A stretch of 63,999 nt of DNA, filler included, from Folioceros fuciformis (lineage: Eukaryota), in NCBI GenBank assembly GCA_049999805.1. It is 4 parts of 3 records of this genome, joined end to end, with 100 filler letters (N's around TTAATTAATTAA, not from the genome) between each part and the next. Parts side by side here need not be neighbours in the genome. Positions count along the whole stretch, not along the records: positions 1 to 31,776 come from JBNGIO010006274.1; 3 more parts are not named here. The stretch is one strand, 5' to 3'. The notes under the pieces were generated by a model, which saw only the letters and a list, made by a program, of their open reading frames with translations, ran no database searches and was not told the origin of the DNA. Below are positions 14,149 through 27,627 of the stretch, one piece after another. The first letter of the stretch is position 1; each line of letters begins with the position of its first letter. A program made the position numbers and the translations under genes.

Positions 14149-14430
14149 GCCGTGTGCTGCTCTGCTGTGCAGATCAAAGCAGGCCCGCACATGTGCTGCC
14201 CCAAAGGACTCCAGCCTTTGTCTGGATGTGTTCAAATTTTGCTGTGTGCTTTCGGGCGATGTATATATACATAATATGGGTGTCCGGAACCGAATTCGAA
14301 CCCGCGAGATGTTGGATGAAACTCCATAAAACCAAATCTCCGACAAGATGAGGATGAAATAATGATTCGGCCGGCATCCAGTTTTACTAAAACCTCCACT
14401 GTCATGCACAGAAAATACCAAATACAGAAA

Positions 14431-14700
14431 TAGGGTCAAACCCTAAATACGTCAAATATCTACGGAAAATACCAAATACCATTTGTTTCTTTCTTAGTAG
14501 GTTTCTTTATTAGAACAGGTACATAGATAGTTGTGTTGTGTGCGTGACTGAGATCGAAAAATGCATTCTTGTACCGATATAGTGTGAAAAAGGGAAAACA
14601 GCCTTAAATACGTGGGGTTAACGAATTCGTATTGTCCCTGCAGCCTATAAGTTTGTGTCCCCTGCGCGATTTGTAGTCCAGCCCAAAATCTAAACCCTAA
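14431..14700. promoter_or_regulatory. Divergent AKR/RPS17 promoter region with telo-boxes and a site II-like motif
   Basis: AAACCCTAA at 14438-14446 and 14692-14700, and AGCCCA (TGGGCT reverse) near 14680. This combination is typical of plant ribosomal protein promoters. Confidence 0.6.
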
Positions 14701-14831
14701 ACCTAGCAAGGTGTCGGTACAATCAAACGGCGATTTTCGTTCGCGGTCTCTCTGGCGCCTCGACGCCCTGACGTCGTGCTGCCCCGTCTCTAAGCGGAAG
14801 CGAAGGTGTCGGAGCTGCGAATTTTGTGAGA

Positions 14832-15635
14832 ATGGTGAGTGTTGTTGTAGCGTCCTGTTGTCGGATGGTGTGATGCGGTTGTGGACTGAAGGGTGTGGTT
14901 TGTACAGGGGCGTGTAAGGACTAAGACGGTGAAGAAGGCCTCCAGGGTCATCATCGAGAGGTACTACTCTCGGATGACTCTGGACTTCCAGACAAACAAG
15001 AAGATCGCAGAGGAGGTTGGGATCATCCCGTCAAAGCGTCTGCGGAATAAGATTGCCGGATTCGCGACTGTAAGTGAGCTTGAGATTGGGGTCCGGGTCG
15101 GGAGGTGTGTGTACGCCAGGGGTTTGTGTAACTGACCTAATCTGTGGTGTCGTTGCAGCACTTGATGAAGCGAATCCAGAGGGGTCCAGTGCGGGGCATC
15201 TCTTTGAAGCTCCAGGAAGAGGAGCGTGAGCGGCGCATGGACTACGTCCCTGAGGAGTCTGCCATCAAGACCGACCTCATCGAGGTGAGTGTTTCTAGCA
15301 CTAACGTTGCGGGTGAGGTTCAGGTTAGAGTCAGTCCGTTCTGAGCTCTGACGCGTTGAGCGTATTCGCGTATTCTTGCACGCAGGTTGACAAGGAGACC
15401 ATCGACTTGCTGGCTCATTTGGGCATGCCAGAACTACCCGGTGTTATCCAGCAGGTGCGGTACTGCTGCTCGACTTGGTGTGCTCTTTGTCTCTGTGTGG
15501 TGTTGATTGATAGTGGTCTCTGCTCACGGCGTGTTGCTGTTGCAGGCGTTGCCTGCTGCTGGCCAGGGTTTCTTCAAGCCTCAGGGGGGTCAAGGGTTTC
15601 AGGGCGGGAACTATCAAGGAAACCGCAGGAACTAG
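14832..15635 (+). CDS. RPS17: 40S ribosomal protein S17 (eS17)
   Basis: ATG-only first coding exon (14832-14834), then [60 protein letters not shown] and a Gly/Gln-rich tail. TAG at 15633-15635. Confidence 0.97.
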
Positions 15636-18218
15636 GCCACGATTTTTGCAAGGATCAAAGTGGAGCCAATGGAAACTAAGGCGAGGGGCCTGGAGTGGCG
15701 GGAGTGAGCGAGGCATTGAAGGGGGCTGGCTCACATGTGGCCCCGCCGGTGCTGAAGTCGTGTCAAATTTTGGTAGCCTTGTGAAGCTCTTAGGAAGAGG
15801 CTTTTTCTGGGGTCTGGTTGGCCGTGCAACTTATGTTGTCAATTTGGGCTCCGAGTGGTTTGATATTTTCTGGGGGAATGGGGTTGTTGCTGTCATTCCC
15901 CTGTTCCACACAAAAAAATCTGGTTAGAATGGGTGTGGGTACTAAAGGCATCTGCCTAGCATGAATGAGCGTGCCAAGCCAAGAGGTATCGTGCTTCCGA
16001 CGTTGCGGCGACGTTAGACATTGTGACAGAATTAGAGGTGACAATCAGCGAGGGGTTAAGGGAGTTTGGACATTAGCGGACGCTGGCGCATGTGACAGAC
16101 AGACGGTAAAGCGGGTGGGGTCGGCCATGGCAAATGGGGGGCGTACTTTTGGTGCAGGCGGGGCCCCACGACGTCTGGCACGGCCCCCGTGTCCACTGCG
16201 ATTCGCGATAGCCCATGGTCAGGCCCCCAGCCCCTCTCAGCATCGTAACGGAACGGAACGGAGAGTAACGTAACGGGAGGTGGAAACGGAACCCGGGCAG
16301 GTGGTGAACTCGTGCGCCAAGGCAAGGAAGTGCATGATGTGCATTCCCATCGTAGGACTGAGACTAACGTTGCATAGATAACAAGCCGCTATATTGGAGA
16401 TTCATAGGCAATTGGATGCACGAGAAAGGAAAGGAAAGGAAAGGAAAGGGAAGGCATGTTATGTGTATCTATCATCCCATGTGTGCTATGTCGATGCACG
16501 ACAGTGCGTGTGTGAGAGCACCGCTCCCCATCCCCCCATCCTCGTCCTCTGCCATCCTTCCTTCCTCTTCTGACTCCTCCTCCTCCTCCCTTCCTCCTCC
16601 CCCTCTTTGGTGCGTCCCCTCTCCTCGCTGCTGGTGTCGTGCAGCAGCGTGCTCTCCTGGGCTCTCGACCTCCCCGCCCCGCCGCCCGCCTGCGCTGCGC
16701 CGTTGCATGCTGGCTCGGCCGCCTGCATCCGCACGCCTCTTGCTCCTCCGCCGCGTGCGCATCCGGCGCCCGGCTCCCTCTGCACAACCAGATCAATTAC
16801 AGCGCAATTGCGGCCTCTCCTGAATTCCCAGATGCAAGGTATCCAGATCTGAGGTCTCGGCTACGCTGGTCCCCGTCCCCGCCTCCTGCCGGAATTCAAT
16901 TCCTCCCTGCCTCTGCTGCCAAGCCCATCCCTTGCAATTCCGTGCTGATTTGCTGCTGGCGTGCTCGGATTCTCACCGTCTCCTGCTACTCCTCGGCTGC
17001 CCTTGACTACGTTTGCGTATCGGCTCACCCTCTCCTACTCCGCTGCGCTGCGTGCCGTGCCGTGCTGTGGTGGCCCAGGTTTGCGCCCTGCTCCGCTGCC
17101 ATCTGCTCTCCTTGTGCCATCTGCCTCCTGTTGCCTGCTGCTTGTTTCATGCTTCCGTTGCTCCTTCCGTTGCGAATTGCAGGCCCGGGCTGCGGATCCC
17201 GTGCTCGGCCGCATGCTGTGGGACATGGATGAATGCAGAGGCACAATTTCCTTCCCCTGCACTTTGCGCTCGCTTGCTGCCGCCCCCCGCTGGCAACCTC
17301 AGATTCACCGTCCCCGCTCCTTCAATTGCCTGCGCAGCTTGTGCTTGTGGGATGGGGAAACTGCCGCAGGATAGACTAATTCCACCTCTGCTTCCTTGCT
17401 TCCTGGACACCCTGTCCCCCGCCTCGCCTCGCCTCGCCTCGCCTGCTGATGCTACAAATTTACCTCCCCAGCCACCGGCGCTGTCACCGCGAATCTTCCC
17501 AAGTACGGATTCGGCCATCGCTGCTAGGTGTGTGCGACATCGCAATTTGCGAGGAGCACGTTGCTTTACCTCTTTCCCCACCGAATGCTGCCGATGGCGC
17601 TTGTGCTCCTCTTCTTCTTGCCTATGATCCGGGAACCAATCTCACCTGCTGCAGCCTAGGGTGGCTACCGCTTGCTCACTTTTCTTGCTTCTCTTGTCTT
17701 ACACACTCGCAAGTGTTGCAGGCGTCAGCGTCAGGAAGGTTAGCTGTGAGGAGGGTGCAGGATCAAGAGTGTTGTACCAATTCAGCCACCGATTTCTCGC
17801 CGTCACCCGGACCCCATGCCAATCCTTCTAGCATGCTTCTTCCCTTAACTCTTCCCAGCCACTGCGTAACCAGTTGTTCTCGCACATGACTTTGGATAGA
17901 GTGAGCTTGTGGCTGATGGTAGTTGCATTGCGATTCCTCACCGCTTCTGCTTCTTGTTGCTCTCATCACCTCAAGTACCTTTGTAGCTGTATCTTGAGTG
18001 CCAGGTGTAGGCTCTTCCTCCTGTCCTCTCCTCTCCTTCGAGAGTGAGTCTCGATCACGTCCCATCCGTCAGGCCACTCGCACTGAGTATCAAGGACTGC
18101 GTGCACCTCAATTCTATTCTTGGCTGTTGTACTCACCTAACACCGTGCAATGTTGGTTGCGTGATTGCAGTTGTCTGACACTTTCAGCTTCCCGGGTGCT
18201 GCATGGTGCAGCAACTCC

Positions 18219-20383
18219 ATGGATACTGCAGCAAGTGGGCCGCTTTGGCAGGCAGCGTCCATCCCCTGGGATCACAGCATCACGGAAAAGCCTAGTGCTG
18301 TTGTAATGCAACCTCCTCAGCGTCAACCACGCCTCTTGTTTGCAACTTCAAGCCACAATGGCGAGTTCCCCTTGGCTGCCAATCCACAGATTGTGCTACA
18401 CGTCCTCAGCGAATGTCACCTCGACCCACAGGACCTTGGTCGGCTGGAGGCAAGTGCTTCATGATTTGATACAGCTGCAATGCTTGTCGATGGACGCCAC
18501 TCAGATAAATGCCTCGCTCCATCATGATTGACTTCATTGTCCCTAAGTGTGGAGCGTTTCTACCTAGCTAGGTCACTCTGTCATGTCTTCTTTCCCATAA
18601 ATCACTCGTGATACTTGTGTGGGTGTAGGCTACATGCCAATTCTTCAGGCAGCCTGCGAATTTTCTGCCAGATGTCACGCTTTCATTGTCCGAACTTGCT
18701 GCACTGGACATGTGCAAGAGGAGAGCGATTTTCAAGCCAATGACTGCTGAAGAGAGGGAAGCCATGAAACAGCACTGTGGCGGCTCATGGAAGTTGGTTC
18801 TCAGGTTCTTGAAAGCGGGGGAACAGTGCTACCGGCGGGAACAATTCCAAGCCATAGCAGGTCCCGGGCACAGCATTGTTGTGTCAAAATCTGGCTCAGT
18901 ATACACGTTTGGTAGCAGTAACGCTGGACAACTGGGTCATGGAACCGTAGAGGATGAATGGCGCCCTCGATTGGTCAGGTACGTTTCATCAGCTTGCAAT
19001 GTGGTCCATGAGTGAACACGTGCAGAAACCTTTCCCACTAGTAACATGGGACCGTGAACCACATTGTTCAGGTCGCTTTCAGGCATTCGCATCATCCAGG
19101 CTACAGCAGGTGTAGATCGGTCAATGCTAGTGAGTGATGCAGGTCGTGTGTACGCATTTGGTAAAGACTCCTTCGGGGATCCCGAGTATGGAGGACCAGG
19201 TTCCAAGAATGTCAGCACCCCGCAGTTGGTGGAGTCCTTGAACGGCATCTTTGTGGTCCAAGCAGCAATAGGAAACTTCTTCACAGCTGTGTTATCAAGA
19301 GAGGGGAGGGTGTACACATTTTCTTGGGGTGCAGATGCCAGAGCTGGTCATTCCACTCAACCTGAAGATCAGAAGCCCCAGTTGCTGAAAGGTGCTCTAG
19401 AAGATGTGCCTGTGGTGCAGATCTCTGCAGGCTATTGCTATCTCTTAGCTCTCACCTGTCACCGCAACGTCATGTAAGACTTGAAAAAATCTTGAAGCAC
19501 AGGGAAGATTGCTTGCATTCTCAGAATGTGGGAAGCAAGACCTTAACGGTGGTACCTTTTTTTGTATGCAGGCAAGTATATTCTGTAGGTTGTGGACTCG
19601 GGGGGAAGCTGGGGCATGGAACTAAAACGGACGAGAAGTACCCACGTCTAATCGAGCACTTTCAGAACATAAAGCTGCAGCCTGTCGGCATTGCTGCAGG
19701 GGCGTGGCATGCTGCTGTGGTGGGTGTGGACGGGCGTGTTTGCACATGGGGGTGGGGTCGATTTGGTTGCCTGGGTCATGGCAACGAGGAGTGCGAGCCA
19801 TTGCCCAAGGTTATTGAGAGCCTTGAAGGAGTGAAAGCTGTCCACGTGGCTACGGGTGACTATACGACATTTGTTGTGGCTGACGATGGGGAGGTATTTT
19901 CTTTTGGATGTGGTGATTCCTCAAGTCTTGGACATTCCAGTCTTCGCCAGGTGCCAGCCTGTAATGAGGGCCAGGTGAGTTCCTAAATGTTACCTGCTAG
20001 CCCTCACATGTGTACCTCCGATCCCCGCCCCCCCCCCCCAGCCCCCATCCCCTTCCCCACGCGCCTGTCACATTGTTTGTTTTGTTTGCAGGCAGCATGT
20101 CTCGCTAACGTGGTGTGAAACGTTTGGCCTTGTGCAGCCTGCTGGTCATCCTGGGCATGTTCATCGTCCAGAAGCGGTGACAGCTCTAAGGCGACCAGGT
20201 GACCGAGTTGTGCAGATTAGCCTGACAAACGCGGGGACATTGAATGCCCATACGTTTGCACTGACGGAGTTAGGGAAGCTGTATGCCTTCGGGGCTGGGA
20301 CCAAAGGGCAGCTTGGCACAGAGCTGCTTGACAACAGCAGCGAGAGGAGCTCACCAGAGCTTGTGGAGGTGGAGTTGGTATGA
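18219..20383 (+). CDS. RCC1-repeat (UVR8-like family) protein, multi-exon
   Basis: N-terminal GEFPLAANPQIVLHVL..LDPQDLGRLE|ATC, then RCC1 repeats GSVYTFGSSNAGQLGHG, AAGAWHAAVV, VCTWGWGRFGCLGHG and LYAFGAGTKGQLG. Confidence 0.92.
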
Positions 20384-21369
20384 CGAAAGCAAGCCTTCGA
20401 CGAGCGTCCAATTGTGTAAATAGGTGGCAAACATGTCACATTGGTTAGGCAGGCCTGAAAGATTTGCTCAACACTGAAGCGCCGGGCTGTTGCGGACGTT
20501 CTAGCTGTAGGAAAGTGTAAGGGCTTCCAATTACCGTAACAGGTGTGTATGTACAGAGGCGCATTGGCCGCGGCCGCACTTCTATGGCTCAGAGGAGGGA
20601 AGAGGTGTCCATCGGCTGACATGTAGAAGAAGAAGAGAGAGGTGAGACAAAGAGATGGCAAGGTCGGCTTTTAGTCTTAAGTTAAAAACGTGGTCGCTAA
20701 TCAGCTAGGAAGAAGGGGCAACAGCCCGAGCCGGTGCTGGGCTGCAAGCTCCCGACTCCCGAGTCCCCAGTCCAAGTCCTCGTCTTGTAGGTGTCGGGAC
20801 CGTTTGAATTCGAAAAGGTGGGAGTTTTGGCGGCGCAACTCTGGAGCGTCGGATAGGAGAGTATTATCGGCCGGCGGGTAAGAAGCCTACTGCCGTTCGG
20901 TTTGGTAGTTGGTAAAGTGGGAGTCCGAGTACGACCCGGAGCGTTACAAGCCCATTAGTAGATTATCGGGGTTTGCGTTCCACTATTCATACATACTATA
21001 CGTACATACTTGAATTGGAGTATAAATCGGGACCCCCTGCCGTTAAAGACCTATAAGTTACCGGGAGTTCCGGTGTGTGTGTGTGCTCACTTTGGTAGTT
21101 ATAGTCACCACAGTGAGACCGGAGAGAGCGGTAATAGATACCACATGCGGAGCCCGGGTCGCACCGGTCTGTGGTACGTACTGTACATATTTACATACTT
21201 GGTAAACGGGGAGTCCACTCATTTTAGTAGTTAGTTAGTAGTGTAGTTATTTCGAGAGCGCGTGCGACCCGGAGCGTTACGTATAAATTTAAGGAGGGGG
21301 GGTTCCGGTCTGTTTGTGGTGTGCACTTGACTGGATACTCTAGTGGTCAGAAATTGCGAGGGATCTCCA

Positions 21370-23140
21370 ATGCAGCAGCGGAAGGCAATGAGGGCCATGA
21401 AGCCCAGTACTGTCTACCCGCTCATCGCGCTCGCCTTCTTGGCCCTTCTTTTCTTGTCCAGCGACCCCAAGGTGGGACGCTCGCACCGCCGNNNNNNNNN
21501 NNNNNNNNNNNNNNNNNNNNNNNNNNNNNNNNNNNNNNNNNNNNNNNNNNNNNNNNNNNNNNNNNNNNNNNNNNNNNNNNNNNNNNNNNNNCCGCCCGCC
21601 GCATCGTGGTGCGCACCAAGGGTCTCTTCCCCGGCCGCCATCGAGCTGCTGCCTTCGATCCCATCGTGGCCGAGCACGAACAGCGGCGGGAGGAGCGCCA
21701 CTGGGAGGAGCACCAACACCAACGCCAGGACGGGCACGCCATGCCTATGCAGCCTCAGCCGGATTTCTTCGATCCTAACGACCCGGACTACTTCGCGGAC
21801 GAGGACTATCTGAACGACGACGACCACTTCAACGTCCACGACCGCCTGCTTTCCTTGTTCCCACTCATTGACACCAATCACGACGGCACCATCAGCTTGC
21901 GGGAGTTGGAGGATTGGCATGTGCAGCAGGGTCTCAAGGCCGTGCGACATCGCTCCGATTGGGATTTCAGGGCGCACGATGCGGACAAGGACGGCTTGGT
22001 CACCTTCGCCGAGTACCTGCCAGAGGTCAGGCCGGAGCAGATAGGTACGCCACTTCCTCTCTCACACCTCGCCTTGCTCCTCTTGCTGCTCCTTACACCG
22101 GGATCCGCTAACACCTCCCAATCACACGTCTTGGATGCCAGCCAATAGCAGCCTGGAGCATGGTAGCGCAAGGTGGTGGAAAGAACAGTTCGATCTTGCG
22201 GATGAGGACGGAGATGGAGCTCTCAATCCGGATGAGTTCAACAGGTATATGGAGCCGCTTCACGCACTCTCCGCTCCTGCTTCCTGCGTCCTGCCCTCAC
22301 TCCCCGTCATTGCTCTCCGCAGCTTCCTAAACCCCGAAGATAGCACCAACCCCAAGCTACGCGCCTGGCTGCGAAAGCAGGAGATTTTGTAAGTTCCCTT
22401 GCCCTGACGCACATCATTTTCCGGAACTTTCAAATAGCTCCGAGGATGTTCTCTGTTGAAGAAATGAAATTGGATACTAGTTTGCAGTACCTACGAGCTC
22501 AAGGTCAGTGCTGCCTTTGTTTGCTTTTCTGTGTGGTTCAGAGACCATGATACGGACGAGGATGGCAAGCTAAGTTGGGCGGAGTTTGACAAGACTTTAT
22601 ACGCAGCGTTGTCGGAGATTGGCAAGGACGACACATCCAGTGGATCCCACCGAGTTCTGATGTCACGGTTGAAATTCAAAAGCTTGGATGCAAATCAGGA
22701 CGGGTAAGATCTTCTGTCCTCTCAGCAACTCGTCCGTTGTTCCATAAAAGTGTATTGTTTCAGGATGTGTTTTGTGCTGACAATTTGCTTCTTCCAGATA
22801 TCTCACAGAGGATGAGTTGGAGCCAGTCATGGATCTCCTGCACCCAGGAGAAGCGTTTTACGCTAAGCAGCAGGCAGAGCAGTTGATGGAACAGGTGCGC
22901 CGTGTTCTGGAATCTTGAGAACGCATTGCAAGAAACTTGCGTGCAGACGCTAGTATTTAGGGGTGATACCTTGCTCCTAGGGTTGTCACCATCTCTGATA
23001 ATATCCCTCTTCTGGTCTTGCAGGTTGATGAAAATAGAGATGGGGTTTTGACGTTGGATGAAATGCAACGTCATCCGTACGCATTCTACAACACTATTAT
23101 TGACGATGGAGATTATGAGTACTCTCACATCGAGCTTTAG
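21370..23140 (+). CDS. Calumenin/reticulocalbin-like ER-luminal EF-hand protein (contains a 100-N gap at 21492-21591)
   Basis: Hydrophobic signal YPLIALAFLALLFLSS. EF-hands DTNHDGTISLRE, DADKDGLVTFAE, DEDGDGALNPDE, DTDEDGKLSWAE, DANQDG and DENRDGVLTLDE. C-terminal HIEL*. Confidence 0.9.
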
Positions 23141-23260
23141 TGTCAGGTTTGAAAAGCTTTCACTCTTTTACCTCCCAGGGGGAACACGTCGTTTAGAAGA
23201 CTGATACGTGACTACTCTGTGCTGACGCTCGTCTCCTGCTGTTCCAGGCGAGCAGTTTTG

Positions 23261-23296
23261 TGCCGCTGTACATGCCGCTGTACATGCCGCTGTACA
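23261..23296 (+). repeat. 12-bp tandem repeat x3 (TGCCGCTGTACA)
   Basis: Read directly from the sequence, downstream of the EF-hand gene stop. Confidence 0.9.
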
Positions 23297-23824
23297 GAAG
23301 AGAAAATACACGAGACCCCTGCAACCCGACGGTCCCTCGTTGACGCTATGAAGCGCAGCAAAGAGGTAATTTCCCTCGTTATCGACAAACAAGGATTTGC
23401 TATGGGATTAGCTGTTTTGCAGTCATCTGATGGGACGGAGTATGGACTCGGATGTTTTCCACAGGGAAAGGAGTGAAGTTAAGAGAGCGTTGACGTGGTG
23501 GCCGCCGAGTTAGGGTAACCGTGGATGTACATTTATTTATATTATAGGACTTCAGATTTTTTTGGGTTCCATTCATGGATGGGGTTATGTCGACAACATA
23601 CTGTCCACCTTTACCAAACTGGGAATTACTTCCCCGAATTTTTCTCCGTCTTTTTATCCGAAATAAAGGATTTTAACTTCCTGCAGATCCATAGTAATAA
23701 ATTTTGCGATCACCCGTAAAGATGCCCTTCTAGTATCAAGGGCAATAAGCTGCGTTAGTCTACCCTCGTCTTTCCGAAAACACGCCAGTGGGCCTTGACG
23801 ATCTCGTGAAACATACAAAAAAAT

Positions 23825-24911
23825 TCACACGAATTTCACATACACACGCCCCGAGTTGGAGATTCTAGCAGGAAAGACCTGGCAAACAAGGAAATGGTTA
23901 GCCTCAAGAGAGACGATGTTGGGAAAGCAAGCAAAAAAGGGAAGCGTAGCAGACCTTTGCATTCTGTTTGGGAGCCTTCGCTTTGAGAGAGCCGACCAGC
24001 CACTGGAGAACGCCGTCCTTTGGGACATACTTCGAAACCTCCCCGTCCGCCAACCCAAAGTTAGTGTGGCACAGAGGACACTCAAGTCCGACGGCCCCAT
24101 TTTCTGACTCACTCACCTGCATATACACTCACGGCGGATGATGAGCAGAGGCTAGACTCTCCTCATAGCAAATATAGGTGGTGGCGCTAGTGCTGATGTT
24201 GCTTCTGTTTCTAGGCTAGGTTCTGTCCTTCACCTTGCCTTGAATCATCGGGAATTTGCAGGCCGTGCAGTTGGCTTCGATACAGAAAAGAGCAGTGTCC
24301 CTCCTCACCAGCACGTACCTGGCATCCAAGCCCGGACCCCAAGGGCGATCATCTATCGGCCAACAAGCTATTCACACACTGCACTCGACGAATGCAGTGA
24401 AACAAAGGGCGGGCCCGGGGCATCAGTACCCTTGGTTGTTATGAATAATTGCCTTGTTCTTCCCTTCTGTGAACTCTTCCGCCATGGATACCTGCACCAA
24501 GCAACGACCTCGCTAAGCTGAACTGCACGCATGACGGCAGGCAGAGCGAACAGACGGGCACCGGGCCCGGTACCTGCGCCCAGCCCTCGCTCGATTCCTC
24601 TCGACCCTTGATGCGAGACTGCAAACCTGCTGCCGCTGCTTTCCTCGCATCCAAACCTCTCCCTTTCTTGGGAGGCCCTTGAGCGCACACCGTCGCCCCT
24701 GGTCGTTCCACGTTCAACGGCCAACACGTTTGCCCCGGCGCTAGCGGCACACCGCTGCACCAGTCACTGGACCGGCAGCCGAGCTGCCAGGACGACCATT
24801 GTCAATCCACCTCTCACGCACAGTCCACAACAACGCAGTGCATGACGGGCCCCGGATGAGCACCTGCTGTGAAGCGTACAGACAGCCCTGGCTCGTCGCA
24901 ACAGAAGCCAT
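23825..24911 (-). CDS. Plastid-targeted Rieske-fold ferredoxin-like protein with CxxC...CxxC ligand motifs (about 206 aa, 6 exons)
   Basis: Exons 24864-24911, 24574-24783, 24430-24491, 24234-24318, 23955-24116 and 23825-23878 splice in frame via GT-AG. Product includes GWAQVSMAEEFTEGKNKAII..YVLVRRDTALFCIEANCTACKFPMIQGKV..LECPLCHTNFGLADGEV..VFPARISNSGRVYVKFV, matching Rieske strand order. Confidence 0.8.
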
Positions 24912-25417
24912 GTCCGCCAACACGGAGCAAGAACGAACACGGCGTCACAGGTAGCGGCACATAGAGACCAGAACGGTGGGGCCGCCGGTGCCGCCGGCGC
25001 CGCCATCCTGGATACTGGATAGGAATCCAGCGGCCACTCGTCCGACAAGTATGAAAAACACCTGCACTTCTAACTCTCGGCTTCCTGCCATTATGTGTCT
25101 GTACATAACCACAACAGAAACCAGCAACGTAATCCCAGACCTAACCCTATAAGCATTAACCAGTAATTGCACCAGCGACATGAACGTATATTGAACTTTA
25201 TGATCAGTTGGAAACTCTCGCTTGTCCCCGCTTTTGGCATACCTTCCGGAGTGATAGGAACCTAACGTAAAAACATGCTGCAACTCCTTTCGGACAACTT
25301 TGAGAAAGTTTGATCCGGCTCTTTGCATCGGTGCTCGTTGCCCGGCCGGCCGAATCTTGCATGTGTTTCTGGAGTGTTAGGAGGAGGAGGGAAAGGAGAG
25401 AGCCATTCCATTCCAAC

Positions 25418-26949
<1,532 letters not shown>

Positions 26950-27627
26950 GTCTACTGCCCCGCCACACTGTCAACTTATCGCCAATTCAGTCATCCAATG
27001 CGTGGATACAGACAAAAGAAGTCGATGCCACCGCACCTCCACAAGACTACGAATCCTCAAAATTTTGCCAAGATAGACACAGAGTGAAGACAGGGCCAGC
27101 TAGCAGAATTTTAGTTGCCTCTGATCACACCGAGATCATTGCACGCCGGGGATCCAACATTGTTCAACGGAAAGCGTAGCCGCTCAAACCAGAGAGTGAA
27201 GAGACAGGAGAGCCGGTAATATGAGGACGAATATGAGCCGAAAGCAACAAGGGCCCTTCAAGCTCTGCATTCTTCGGTCACCTCTAGAGGAGCTCCTCTG
27301 TGCAACACGCCGCATGTAGACTAGAGGTTTTTTTCTTTTTCCTTTTTGGGCATGAAGTCTACAACAGTGTGTTAATTGAAACAGCGACCACAGAGCCCTC
27401 TTCCCCTTCTGTGCTTATAGGGTAGTGCTTCCGGCTGTTGGTAACGCTCTGCTGGTCTTCTTAGGTAGATGTTCCCCCGGTGATCGGATTTTTGTTCCCT
27501 CAGTATACGTATGTAGGGTTTATGTGCACAACTACCGAACGTTGGAGTCTTCCACTCTGACCCGCAGGTAAGCAGAGGCGGGTTCTATCAGTCGGTCGGT
27601 GGCACGGATTCGTAGATCCTGCCCGTC

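Noticed and set aside
16389-17889. Many overlapping 100-200 aa ORFs on both strands
   Set aside because: GC-rich leader sequence with no recognisable domain or consistent frame.
21492-21591. Apparent frameshift in the calumenin-like gene
   Set aside because: It coincides with a 100-N placeholder gap flanked by CCG repeats, so the true length is unknown.
23904-24128. RING or zinc-finger call for CPLCH
   Set aside because: The spliced protein has only two CxxC motifs in a Rieske-like beta context, not the eight-ligand RING pattern.
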